Source of the DNA: Deltaproteobacteria bacterium
GTDB taxonomy: Bacteria > JAEEML01
Direction of reading: 5' to 3'
Assembly (NCBI GenBank): GCA_016283195.1
Contig: JAEEML010000097.1
Span: 1-44,925, forward strand
Length of the DNA stretch: 44,925 nucleotides
In this document: positions 35,660 to 44,492 of the stretch, piece after piece
Numbering within the stretch: the stretch's first letter is position 1
Layout: the number at the start of each line of letters is the position of its first letter
Translations under genes and position numbers: made by a program
Notes under the pieces: model-generated
Database searches by the model: none
The model's input: only the letters and a program-made list of their open reading frames with translations
Told to the model about the DNA's origin: nothing

Positions 35660-38600
35660 ATGAAACGATTGTCTTATTTGCTTTTAGCCGGCCTTCTCGC
35701 CCTGGGCACTTATAGCTGTAAGGGTGATGGGGATGATGGCGAAAACGGCGAGAACGGCCAAAATGGCCAAAACGGCCAAAACGGCCAAAGCGGTAAAAAC
35801 GGCAAAAGTGGTAAAGATGCCGGTAACCGCCACATTATTCATGTCGAAGCTATCGATGAAGAAGGCGCCGATAACGACGACACCGTAGTTGTTGATTTTG
35901 CTCAAAATATCGACACTCTCACCGATGCGATGGCTGACAGCACCATCACCTTCTCTTATGGTCACCGCAAAGGCTTTACCATGACACCGGATACCGATTG
36001 CGGCTCTGTGGCTGCTGACGGTACTTTGATTCTCAATACTTGGTATGAAATGGAACAGATAGGTTCTAATAAGGATAACCCCGGTGACGGTATTATCGGA
36101 GCCAGCTCCTGCGCTTTGCTTTATACTTCCACCGTACTCAGAACTTACGATAATGGTGAAGTAGAGGAATTGGCTAGAGCTTTAAATAATGCCATCGGTA
36201 TTACCGATGCTTTCCAAGTCTATCGCGCCTGGGCTATTGATGGCCTGGGTAATTGGAGCAGCTGGAACAATAGCTTTGAAGGCAACAATGAGAAGAATGG
36301 TAATGATTATGTTTACATTTGTGCCAACAAAGATATTCCGGTTACCCACTTTGACGAAGATGGCTTAGATGTCGGCACCACTATTGTTATTCCGCCCTTT
36401 ACTTTGATTGATGCTTTTGGCAACGGCAATGCTGCTACAGTCATCACCCTTATGGACGGCGCTGCGCTTGAAGATCAAGCTGAGCCAGAAGGCCTGGAAT
36501 TTGATCCTCTTAAATATACTAATGATTCCAACGAGAATTGCCAATTGGAAGCAGGTAGATCATATGTCCTTTGCTTTAACCAGAAAATGGATGTAGATAG
36601 CACCATGTATGCTTTAAAGCGTCGCTTGGAAGAGCATTCGCTCATGCAAAAAGCTAATGCTGAAGCCACTATTACACCATCTGGTGCTGGTGATTGTTTT
36701 GTTTTTAGTCCTAACAGAGTAGTTGACCTCTGGGGTCTTGCCGATCCTAAACCTGATATGAATAACAATATGGTAGAATTTGCCAAGTGTGAATTGGTGC
36801 TGGAACTCGAGCAATGGGATGTTACCAATGCTTATGGCGTTACCAACAGTAATGAGAAAATAGTCTTCCATATTACCGATATTACGCATCCTATGCTTAT
36901 GTACCAAACTGCTCATATTGATGATTATAAAAATAACAGCACATTTAACGGTGGCGAGCAATTCCCCTATGAGTATGATTCTTTTGAAACCAATAAGAGT
37001 GAAAAAGAGACTATAGAGGTAACTTTGGGTACTTTTAACGGTATGGATCTGCCGCGTCCCGAAAACCGTTATCTCATTAAAGATGACGTACTATTCATGT
37101 TTTTCTCTGAAGCGGTTCAAAAGAAAATTGGCGATAATGCTGATGCTCTTAAAGAGCTTATTTTTGAAAAATTTGCTCAAAATGCCGAAAAACAAAGCGG
37201 CTCCAATTGGAGCAGCGCCACTAAGGATGAGGTAAAGAGTGCCGGCGGCTTTACTTTTGATCCCCCTTCCGGTGATCTCATTCTAAGTGTAACATATACG
37301 ATACCGTCTGGTATCCGCATCGCGGCTAAAAAAGATTATATTTATAATTCCAGCGCTTTTTCCAATGACCAGATAGTTGATGCCAAAGACAATGCTCCGG
37401 TGCAACAAGTTGAACCAAGGGACTTCTTGGCTACTACCAATAACTGGATTGTGCCGCCTGCCTTAGTGCCGCAAAATGTTGATACCGAGACCGGTGCTTT
37501 TGATACCATAAAAGTGGTTCTTAAATCTGCTCCTGCCGGCTCCGGTGACACCTTTAGAACAACTCGTGAAGACATCACTTTGCAACCCCAAGATCAAATC
37601 ATTGTGGTCTTTAACAAAAAAATGAATGTTTCCGTAACTAAAGCCCATTTGGCTTGGGTTATCGGCCATGGCTCTTTGGATGGTGCTCAGCGCTTTGCTC
37701 AAGATCCCAACGATCCAAATCAAAATGCGCAAGCTGTCGATGGTTTTACTATTGCTGATTATCAGATTGATACACCAATTCCTTGGACGACTGATGATCG
37801 TACCCATACTTTTGTGATTACTCTGGCAAATGGCCAGTACATCAAAATGAGAGACGGAGCTGAAAAAATGACTTTCAGCATGGCTCCTATTGCTACAGAT
37901 CCCAATAAAGATTATATTTCTATGGATACTGTGCGCCTCCATGTTGATGAAAATGAGCCCTTATCTGTTCGCCGTGAGAATGTTGACTTCCCCATTCCTC
38001 CAACTTTGGAAGAAGTTACTTGGACTTATGGTGGTGACCGCTATTGCGGTAACGATACAGCAGAAGCTAAGGATACGATTACATTTAAATTCAGTGAACC
38101 GCTTGATAACGTAAAATCACTGAATAGCTGCTATGGTGTAACCGGTAAGTCTTCGGTAGAATGTGTGAAAGTTGCTATTCAAAAAGCGCTCACCAAACTG
38201 GTTATCGACGGCGGCCGTGCCGAAGTTGGGAGCAAAAATTCCGGTGATTGGGAAAATTACAATTCCGATCCCAATAACAAATGGGTTGTTGATGTAACTG
38301 CTGCAGCCGGTAATGCTGAATTTGTAGCTACTATCAAAGATGATGTAACTTATAACCCAGACAGCAATTTAACTGCCAGCAACCACCCGCGCTTCAGATT
38401 TAGCGGTAGCCAGCCCATTAATTTTGAATTCCCGGCCGAAATAGTGGTAGATGCCAACGGCATTGTAGCTAAAGAAGTTAAAGCTACTCTTGATCCCTTT
38501 GATCACCTCAATATGGAACTCACTGTGCTTAACAATGTGCAAGAAAACGATGGCAAATTTGTGGCCAATGATTCCTTCATGATTACCTTTGATTGTGCAA

Positions 38601-39097
38601 TGGATCACTTCCACACCCTTTCGGCTTTGCAAGAAGGCTTTGATACGCTCATGGGCGACGGTGTTGTTCATGTCACTACTTTCCAAAATAGGCCAGAAGA
38701 TAATTTGGGTCATCAGATTGTTGATGATACTTTCCCCGAGAATATGGCCTACCAAGTTAATATTCTCCCCGGGCAGGAATTTGCAGCCGATGGCGAGAAG
38801 ATTCTGGTTGTAAACAATGTGGCCACCTTAGCTCGCGGTGATGAAGAGGATGGCGACAATATTGCCATTATTCCCGGGCCATTTAACGCCGGTGTTTCCG
38901 ATGTTTCTCTGCCCGATGTCACCTTTACTTATGTCAACGGCTCTGCTGCCGGCAACCAAGCTCAATTCAAAGCCGACAAAGCGGTTGAGAGCGGTATCTG
39001 GCACCTAATCGGCGTGAGCAAGGGCATGGGCCGCGTTTCTAATGACCTGGCCATCATCTTCTCCGACCAAGGTACTGCTGCTACCCCGGCTCCGTAA
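35660..39097 (+). CDS. Large acidic surface lipoprotein with a collagen-like stalk and probable Ig-like repeats (S-layer-like)
   Basis: Lipobox TYSC; (GXY)9; recurring strands FNQKMD / FSEAV / FNKKMN / FSEPLD / FDCAMD; AAGGAGG RBS. Confidence 0.8.
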   Translation: MKRLSYLLLAGLLALGTYSCKGDGDDGENGENGQNGQNGQNGQSGKNGKSGKDAGNRHIIHVEAIDEEGADNDDTVVVDFAQNIDTLTDAMADSTITFSYGHRKGFTMTPDTDCGSVAADGTLILNTWYEMEQIGSNKDNPGDGIIGASSCALLYTSTVLRTYDNGEVEELARALNNAIGITDAFQVYRAWAIDGLGNWSSWNNSFEGNNEKNGNDYVYICANKDIPVTHFDEDGLDVGTTIVIPPFTLIDAFGNGNAATVITLMDGAALEDQAEPEGLEFDPLKYTNDSNENCQLEAGRSYVLCFNQKMDVDSTMYALKRRLEEHSLMQKANAEATITPSGAGDCFVFSPNRVVDLWGLADPKPDMNNNMVEFAKCELVLELEQWDVTNAYGVTNSNEKIVFHITDITHPMLMYQTAHIDDYKNNSTFNGGEQFPYEYDSFETNKSEKETIEVTLGTFNGMDLPRPENRYLIKDDVLFMFFSEAVQKKIGDNADALKELIFEKFAQNAEKQSGSNWSSATKDEVKSAGGFTFDPPSGDLILSVTYTIPSGIRIAAKKDYIYNSSAFSNDQIVDAKDNAPVQQVEPRDFLATTNNWIVPPALVPQNVDTETGAFDTIKVVLKSAPAGSGDTFRTTREDITLQPQDQIIVVFNKKMNVSVTKAHLAWVIGHGSLDGAQRFAQDPNDPNQNAQAVDGFTIADYQIDTPIPWTTDDRTHTFVITLANGQYIKMRDGAEKMTFSMAPIATDPNKDYISMDTVRLHVDENEPLSVRRENVDFPIPPTLEEVTWTYGGDRYCGNDTAEAKDTITFKFSEPLDNVKSLNSCYGVTGKSSVECVKVAIQKALTKLVIDGGRAEVGSKNSGDWENYNSDPNNKWVVDVTAAAGNAEFVATIKDDVTYNPDSNLTASNHPRFRFSGSQPINFEFPAEIVVDANGIVAKEVKATLDPFDHLNMELTVLNNVQENDGKFVANDSFMITFDCAMDHFHTLSALQEGFDTLMGDGVVHVTTFQNRPEDNLGHQIVDDTFPENMAYQVNILPGQEFAADGEKILVVNNVATLARGDEEDGDNIAIIPGPFNAGVSDVSLPDVTFTYVNGSAAGNQAQFKADKAVESGIWHLIGVSKGMGRVSNDLAIIFSDQGTAATPAP
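35738..35818 (+). repeat. 9-bp coding tandem repeat encoding nine Gly-X-Y triplets
   Basis: GEN GEN GQN GQN GQN GQS GKN GKS GKD. Confidence 0.85.
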
Positions 39098-39155
39098 GCA
39101 TTCCTTTTGACCACTCTCATCTATTAGCTACAAATATTAAAATTCATTGAGCTGA

Positions 39156-39204
39156 GCCCCTCCCCAGCGGGGAGGGGCGATTTTTATAAAAATCCAATAA
39201 GTTA
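39156..39204 (+). terminator. GC hairpin + T-run (terminator-like), copy B of the intergenic element
   Basis: GCCCCTCCCC-AGC-GGGGAGGGGC followed by GATTTTT; 26/28 match of 39177-39204 to 23728-23755. Confidence 0.6.
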
Positions 39205-39303
39205 TGCGGAGAGCCCCTAGAAAAGCGCTATAACTATCTTTTAAAGATCTTTCTCCTGTGTTATTTTAATTTTTTGGCCGTTTTGGCGGCCTTGGAGAAT
39301 CTT

Positions 39304-40566
39304 ATGAGCGTTTTAAATGCGGCCGCCTGGACGCCGGCGGCGATAGATGAGTATTGCTATATAACGGAAGCGGCCAGGAAATTTGGCGCCGCGGCAATTG
39401 CTGATTATTTAAATAAAAATGTGCCTATTAACCGCTATCTTGCCGAGCGGGAAAAGTGGCAAAAAGCGCACTTGAACGCTGCTTTAGCCGGCGGCGGATC
39501 TCGGCCAAAGCCCATATCTTTCCCAGAAATAGCAGAGTCCGGCTCATCTTTTTCGCTAGATGCTTTTAAAAATACTGCCATTATCCTGACGGCGGGCGGC
39601 GAGGGCGAGCGCCTGAAAAAGAGCCTCCTGGACGCCGGTACCGCACCGGAGGAGCTAAAGGATTTTACCAAAGCTACCTGGCCTCTCGATGGGAAGACCA
39701 AAGCGGCCAGTACACTGGGCTATAATTTACTGCTTTTGCGCGCTATTGCCAGAGCGCTGGGCCAAAAATTGCCGGTTATTGTAACTATGGGCTCAGAAGG
39801 CAGCGATACCGCCCGCCTTTTGCCGCCCTATCTTGCGCCTTATAATGACGAATACCTCGATATTATAACCGTTTCGCAAGGAGAGCGCCTGCACTTGACT
39901 ACTACCGGCCGCCTGGTTTTGCTGGCTGAGCCGGATTTGCGAGCGGCTGTTAATCCCGATGAAACCGGCGGCCCCTTTATGGCCCTTAAAAATCCCCATG
40001 AGCGCGATAAAGAGGGGCTTATCCATTACCTTTTGGAAAAGGGCATGACAAATTGTTTGGCTCTCCAGGCCATAGCCATTGTAAAGCCGCTTTTAATGAG
40101 CTCCCTGGCGGCGGCTCTCAAAACGGCTGATGTGGCTGTTCTGGGCGTAAAGCGTGATTCCTTCCCCGAAAGCGATCCCTTTGGCACTATTGTCAGTTTG
40201 AGAGAAGAGGCCGGTGAGCGCACGGTTATTGTGGAAGCCCATAATCGCTGGCCGGCTCTTTATGAACTTAAAGATAAAGAGCATGGCTTTTTACCTTATA
40301 ACAGCGGTATGTATGCTTTTAAAACTGCGCTTTTGGCAGGAGCCGCCTTGCCGGATTTTATCTGCCCGCCAAAAATAATTACTGCGGAATTGCCGCCGGC
40401 CGGCAAAAGCGGCTATGCAGCCACAGACTTGCTCTCTTTGAGCTCTAAAGTGGCTCTATGCCTTACCTCAGCCGACTCTTTTGCTGTTTTTAAAAGCCTT
40501 GCCGATAGAGAAAACCTTATAAACGCCGCTACTAATTTGCTGGCCTTTTTGCCGCATATTTATTAG
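39304..40566 (+). CDS. UDPGP/UDP-GlcNAc pyrophosphorylase-family nucleotidyltransferase
   Basis: IILTAGGEGERL, K...P, PVIVTM, Q......T..G......NPDETGG, YNSGMY; GGAG RBS before ATG 39304. Confidence 0.6.
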   Translation: MSVLNAAAWTPAAIDEYCYITEAARKFGAAAIADYLNKNVPINRYLAEREKWQKAHLNAALAGGGSRPKPISFPEIAESGSSFSLDAFKNTAIILTAGGEGERLKKSLLDAGTAPEELKDFTKATWPLDGKTKAASTLGYNLLLLRAIARALGQKLPVIVTMGSEGSDTARLLPPYLAPYNDEYLDIITVSQGERLHLTTTGRLVLLAEPDLRAAVNPDETGGPFMALKNPHERDKEGLIHYLLEKGMTNCLALQAIAIVKPLLMSSLAAALKTADVAVLGVKRDSFPESDPFGTIVSLREEAGERTVIVEAHNRWPALYELKDKEHGFLPYNSGMYAFKTALLAGAALPDFICPPKIITAELPPAGKSGYAATDLLSLSSKVALCLTSADSFAVFKSLADRENLINAATNLLAFLPHIY

Positions 40567-40584
40567 CTTTTTCCTTAGGAGTAG

Positions 40585-41532
40585 ATGATGAAAAAATACC
40601 TCGTTATTCTGGCTATGGTGCCCTTTTTAGCGCTCTCTTGCCGCAAAAAAGAAGTCTCGGAAGCCGCAGCGCCGGCCGTAAATCCCGGCAATACCACGTT
40701 GCGCTTTAATTTTGATTCCGCCAATGAAACTAAAGATATTTCTTGGCAAATTGACGGTATGCCGCTTTCGGCCGGCAATATGGGCGCGGCCAAAGTCAGG
40801 CGCGGTGAGCATAAAATAGTGGTAAAGGCCGCCGGCTTAAGTGGGGAGTTTAATCTTGATGCCGCGAGCGATTTGCCGCTTTTTGTGGAATTTACAGTAG
40901 AAAATAATGAAATAAAGCCGCTCTTTGCCCGCAATAGCCGGCCTAATGCTAAACTGGTTGTTAAATCAAATCCCAGCGGGGCCTCTCTTTTTGTCAACCG
41001 CCGTTCCATGGGTAATACGCCAGTGGCTATCGACCTTTTGGCCGCCGGCGAGGAGCTGGAAGTGATATTGACCGCCCCAGGCTATAAACTGGCAAAAAAA
41101 ACGGTGAAACTTAGCGAAAATATTAATAAAGAGTTTATCACTATGAAACCTTTGGCCGAGGGGGAGTCGGTTTTAGAGACTTCTCTGGAGAAGCCGCTGA
41201 CGAAGCTTTCTATTGATTCCCCGGACAGCCCGGGAGCTAAAATTCTTTTAAACGGCATAGATATCCACCGCGTAACGCCGCAAAAAGATTTGGAACTGCC
41301 CATCGGGCTTTATAATGTGACGCTGGTGCGGGCCGACGGAGTGAAATTTACCTTTAAAACCGAGCTGTTGGCCGATAAGCCGGCAGTTGTTTCCGAAAAT
41401 ATAAAAGACCGCGAGCCCCCCACCGGGCCGGTGCCCGGCCTTTTGGTGCCTTCGGAAATTACCGAGCCTTCCGGTGAGGAAGGCGCCGGGGAGGGTGGAC
41501 ATCACCATCATGGGGGCCACCATGGCCACTGA
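40585..41532 (+). CDS. PEGA-domain lipoprotein with His-rich tail
   Basis: Lipobox ALSC; LVVKSNPSGASLFVN....GNTP PEGA motif and a further PEGA-like repeat; ends GGHHHHGGHHGH. Confidence 0.82.
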   Translation: MMKKYLVILAMVPFLALSCRKKEVSEAAAPAVNPGNTTLRFNFDSANETKDISWQIDGMPLSAGNMGAAKVRRGEHKIVVKAAGLSGEFNLDAASDLPLFVEFTVENNEIKPLFARNSRPNAKLVVKSNPSGASLFVNRRSMGNTPVAIDLLAAGEELEVILTAPGYKLAKKTVKLSENINKEFITMKPLAEGESVLETSLEKPLTKLSIDSPDSPGAKILLNGIDIHRVTPQKDLELPIGLYNVTLVRADGVKFTFKTELLADKPAVVSENIKDREPPTGPVPGLLVPSEITEPSGEEGAGEGGHHHHGGHHGH

Positions 41533-42250
41533 AGCTTTGGCCGGCGGTAAAAGGAGCTATTGGCAAGTAACTAAAGATCCCCAGGTTATTCTCATTTTGC
41601 TCTTGCCCCTTTTTTTAATTTATTCGGTGGGCATTTTGGCCACCGGCGGTGTGCGCAACGGCGTTGATTTAGTGAGTGATTTTTTGCGCGGGACTATCTT
41701 TCGCGGGAGCGATTTGGCCTACGGAATCACTATGCTTGCTGCTCTTATCGCCATGATTTTTGTGCTGGCCAAATGGCGGGAAAAGCGTATTTTTGACCCC
41801 AAAATATATCTCGGCGTTATTCTGGAAGGGGTGATTTATGGCAGCTTACTCGGCACCATCGTGGTGCGCTTTCTCTCGATTTTGGGCGTGAGCGCACTGG
41901 CAGCCGGCAAGGCCGGATGCGGAGTTTTTTGCAATTTTACCCTGAGTATCGGCGCCGGCCTTTGGGAAGAAATCGTTTTTCGCCTTCTTTTAATCGGCCT
42001 GCCGGCCTTTTTACTGGCCAAACTTTATCCGGAGCGCAAAAAAAGAATCACCATCGTTCTTATTTTGGTGAGCTCACTGATTTTTAGCGCCGTTCATTAC
42101 CTCGGCTCTTTGGGGGATGCCTTTACGCTTTACAGCTTTTTGTTTCGCTTTTTTTGCGGCCTTCTCTTTGCGCTGCTTTATTATTGGCGCGGTCTTGCTG
42201 TATCGGCTTATACCCATGCAGCTTATGATGTAATGGTTTTGGTGTTTTGA
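41522..42250 (+). CDS. CPBP (CAAX/Abi) family intramembrane protease
   Basis: WEEIVFR, FSAVHY and HAAYD motifs; multiple TM helices; ATG 41522 overlaps the upstream stop. Confidence 0.9.
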   Translation: MATEALAGGKRSYWQVTKDPQVILILLLPLFLIYSVGILATGGVRNGVDLVSDFLRGTIFRGSDLAYGITMLAALIAMIFVLAKWREKRIFDPKIYLGVILEGVIYGSLLGTIVVRFLSILGVSALAAGKAGCGVFCNFTLSIGAGLWEEIVFRLLLIGLPAFLLAKLYPERKKRITIVLILVSSLIFSAVHYLGSLGDAFTLYSFLFRFFCGLLFALLYYWRGLAVSAYTHAAYDVMVLVF

Positions 42251-42257
42251 GCAAAAT

Positions 42258-44327
42258 ATGAGTGATAAAAGTATTATTTTATTGATTTTCTTGCTTGCGG
42301 CACTGCTGCCGGCTTGCAAAAATACACCCGCCTGCTTTTCGGACAGCGATTGCGCGACCGATGAATACTGTCTTGATAATACTTGCAAAATAAGAGAGCA
42401 GGTTACTTATGAGTGCCTTAAAGACAGCGATTGCCCCAAAGAGAGTGATGTCTGCACCAAGGGCCGTTGCCTTGATTCCAGCCGCGCCCATTTTTGCCTT
42501 AAAGACAGCGATTGTCCTTTAGATAAATTTTGCCGCTTAGGCATAGGCGATTGTGTTGAGTGCCTGACATCGGCCCAATGTGATGTGGCGGGCGGCGCGG
42601 TCTGCCTGATAGATGGTAGATGCGGAAAACCTCTGGGCTGTAAAGCACAAGAAGAGTGTGACCCGCTCTATTGCCGCGAGGATACCGGCGAATGTGTGGA
42701 ATGTCTTGATAGCAGCCATTGCCGGAATGGCCGGGTGTGCGATTTAACTGCCTATTATTGCCGGGCTTGCAAAAATAATCAGGATTGCGGCGGCGCCGAG
42801 TGCCTTAGCGGCACCTGCCAGCTTTGGGGCGAATGTGACGCCAGCAGCGATTGCGGCGGACAGGCTTGTTATCAGGGGCGTTGTACCAGCTGCCTTGATA
42901 ATACCTATTGCGGCGAACGGGAGTATTGCGAAACCTCCTCCGGCCTTTGCAAAGAGGCCGAGTGCTGGCCGGGGGGCGCTGCCTGTAAAGACGGTAAAGT
43001 TTGCCGCGACAGGCAGTGTCAAAAGTGTCTTTATGATTATGAATGTCCGAGTGATAAAGTTTGCGCGGCCGCCGGTTGTGTCAGCGGCAGCGAACCTGGC
43101 TGCTCTGCCAATAGCGATTGCCCGGGCGGGCTGGTTTGCCTTAGCGATTCTTGTAAGCCTTGCACCGCCAACGATGATTGCACTAAACCGCTGGCCTGCG
43201 ATTTGTCTAAAAATCCAGCTATTTGCGTTGATATGTCTGTTAACGGCCCCGGGGCTCTTGGGGCAACTTGCACCAATAATAACGATTGTAATTCCGGCTT
43301 TTGCCTGATTATCGCCGGCCAGTATGTCTGCTCCTCTTTTTGCATAGGTAGCGGCCTTGGCCATAGCGACGGCACGGCAGATAATAAAAATGTCGATTGT
43401 CCGAGCGGTTATCAGTGTCACCAAGCCAATAGCGGCAGTACACTTGATGGCCATAGATATTGTGTTGGCGCCGCACTTTTGCCTGCCGAACCGGGAAATC
43501 CTTTTAGTGCTCTGCCGGGGGCCAGCTGCGCCGCAGAGGACAACAGTTGCCAGACTTCCTGCGATTTTGCCTCTTCCTCCTGCCGCCGTTTTTGCTCCGC
43601 CGATAGGGATTGTTCTGCCGGCGAAGTGTGCCAGGCGGAATATAACAGCCTTGGTAATCCCACCGGCATTCTTTCTTGCGCCGCTCTGGTGCCTTACACC
43701 AGCCTTAAAGAGGCCGGTTTTACCTGCGGGAATGGCCGCGAATGTCTGAGCGGAGTTTGTAGCGGCTATTGCTATACGGCTTCCGGCTATTCTACGCGCC
43801 TTTGCAACAATAATAACGATTGCGCTGTCGGTGAAACCTGCTTTGGGGTTTGCCGCGACCCTTGCCGTAGCGGTGCCGATTGTAAGAATGGCGAAATTTG
43901 TACTCCAAGGCCGCTTTCACCGTTAAAAAACGGTAATTACGACGGTGATCTTTGGATAAATATCTGTGATGACCCTTATTATGCTTATTGCTCCAAAGAG
44001 AGCCATTGCACCTCCGCCGAAACCATGGCCGATAATTACACCCCCGCTTGTGTGGAGGAGCGCTGCTCTTGTAAAAAAGATGAACACTGCGCTTCAACCA
44101 CCGGTATATGTTTCGGCGGGCGCTGCATTACTTTGGCCGAGGGGGAGCCTTGCACCGACGATGCCAATTGTGCCAGCGAATGGTGCTCTCTTAGCGGCAA
44201 ATGCACCTCAATTTGTGCGGTTGATGCCGATTGCCAAAATAATAAGGCGGGGCAAAAGTGCCGCAATACCTACTACGAGGGTAGCGCCGGTGGCATTATA
44301 TATAGTGTAGGGCTTTGTGATAATTAG
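42258..44327 (+). CDS. Large Cys-rich repeat lipoprotein
   Basis: Lipobox LPAC; many C..D.DC.....C...G.C units. Confidence 0.85.
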   Translation: MSDKSIILLIFLLAALLPACKNTPACFSDSDCATDEYCLDNTCKIREQVTYECLKDSDCPKESDVCTKGRCLDSSRAHFCLKDSDCPLDKFCRLGIGDCVECLTSAQCDVAGGAVCLIDGRCGKPLGCKAQEECDPLYCREDTGECVECLDSSHCRNGRVCDLTAYYCRACKNNQDCGGAECLSGTCQLWGECDASSDCGGQACYQGRCTSCLDNTYCGEREYCETSSGLCKEAECWPGGAACKDGKVCRDRQCQKCLYDYECPSDKVCAAAGCVSGSEPGCSANSDCPGGLVCLSDSCKPCTANDDCTKPLACDLSKNPAICVDMSVNGPGALGATCTNNNDCNSGFCLIIAGQYVCSSFCIGSGLGHSDGTADNKNVDCPSGYQCHQANSGSTLDGHRYCVGAALLPAEPGNPFSALPGASCAAEDNSCQTSCDFASSSCRRFCSADRDCSAGEVCQAEYNSLGNPTGILSCAALVPYTSLKEAGFTCGNGRECLSGVCSGYCYTASGYSTRLCNNNNDCAVGETCFGVCRDPCRSGADCKNGEICTPRPLSPLKNGNYDGDLWINICDDPYYAYCSKESHCTSAETMADNYTPACVEERCSCKKDEHCASTTGICFGGRCITLAEGEPCTDDANCASEWCSLSGKCTSICAVDADCQNNKAGQKCRNTYYEGSAGGIIYSVGLCDN

Positions 44328-44492
44328 GAAACTTAAGGAAAAAAATGCAATTATTTTGCCCATGCAAAATAAAGTATAGCCGCAAAACGGAGAATGTGTG
44401 TATTATAGGCAAGGCTTCCGCCGGTGGCATGGGAGCTCTGAAGAAAAGTATAAGCTTTTGAGCTTTATATATATGTTTTTTGGAGGTTAGAA

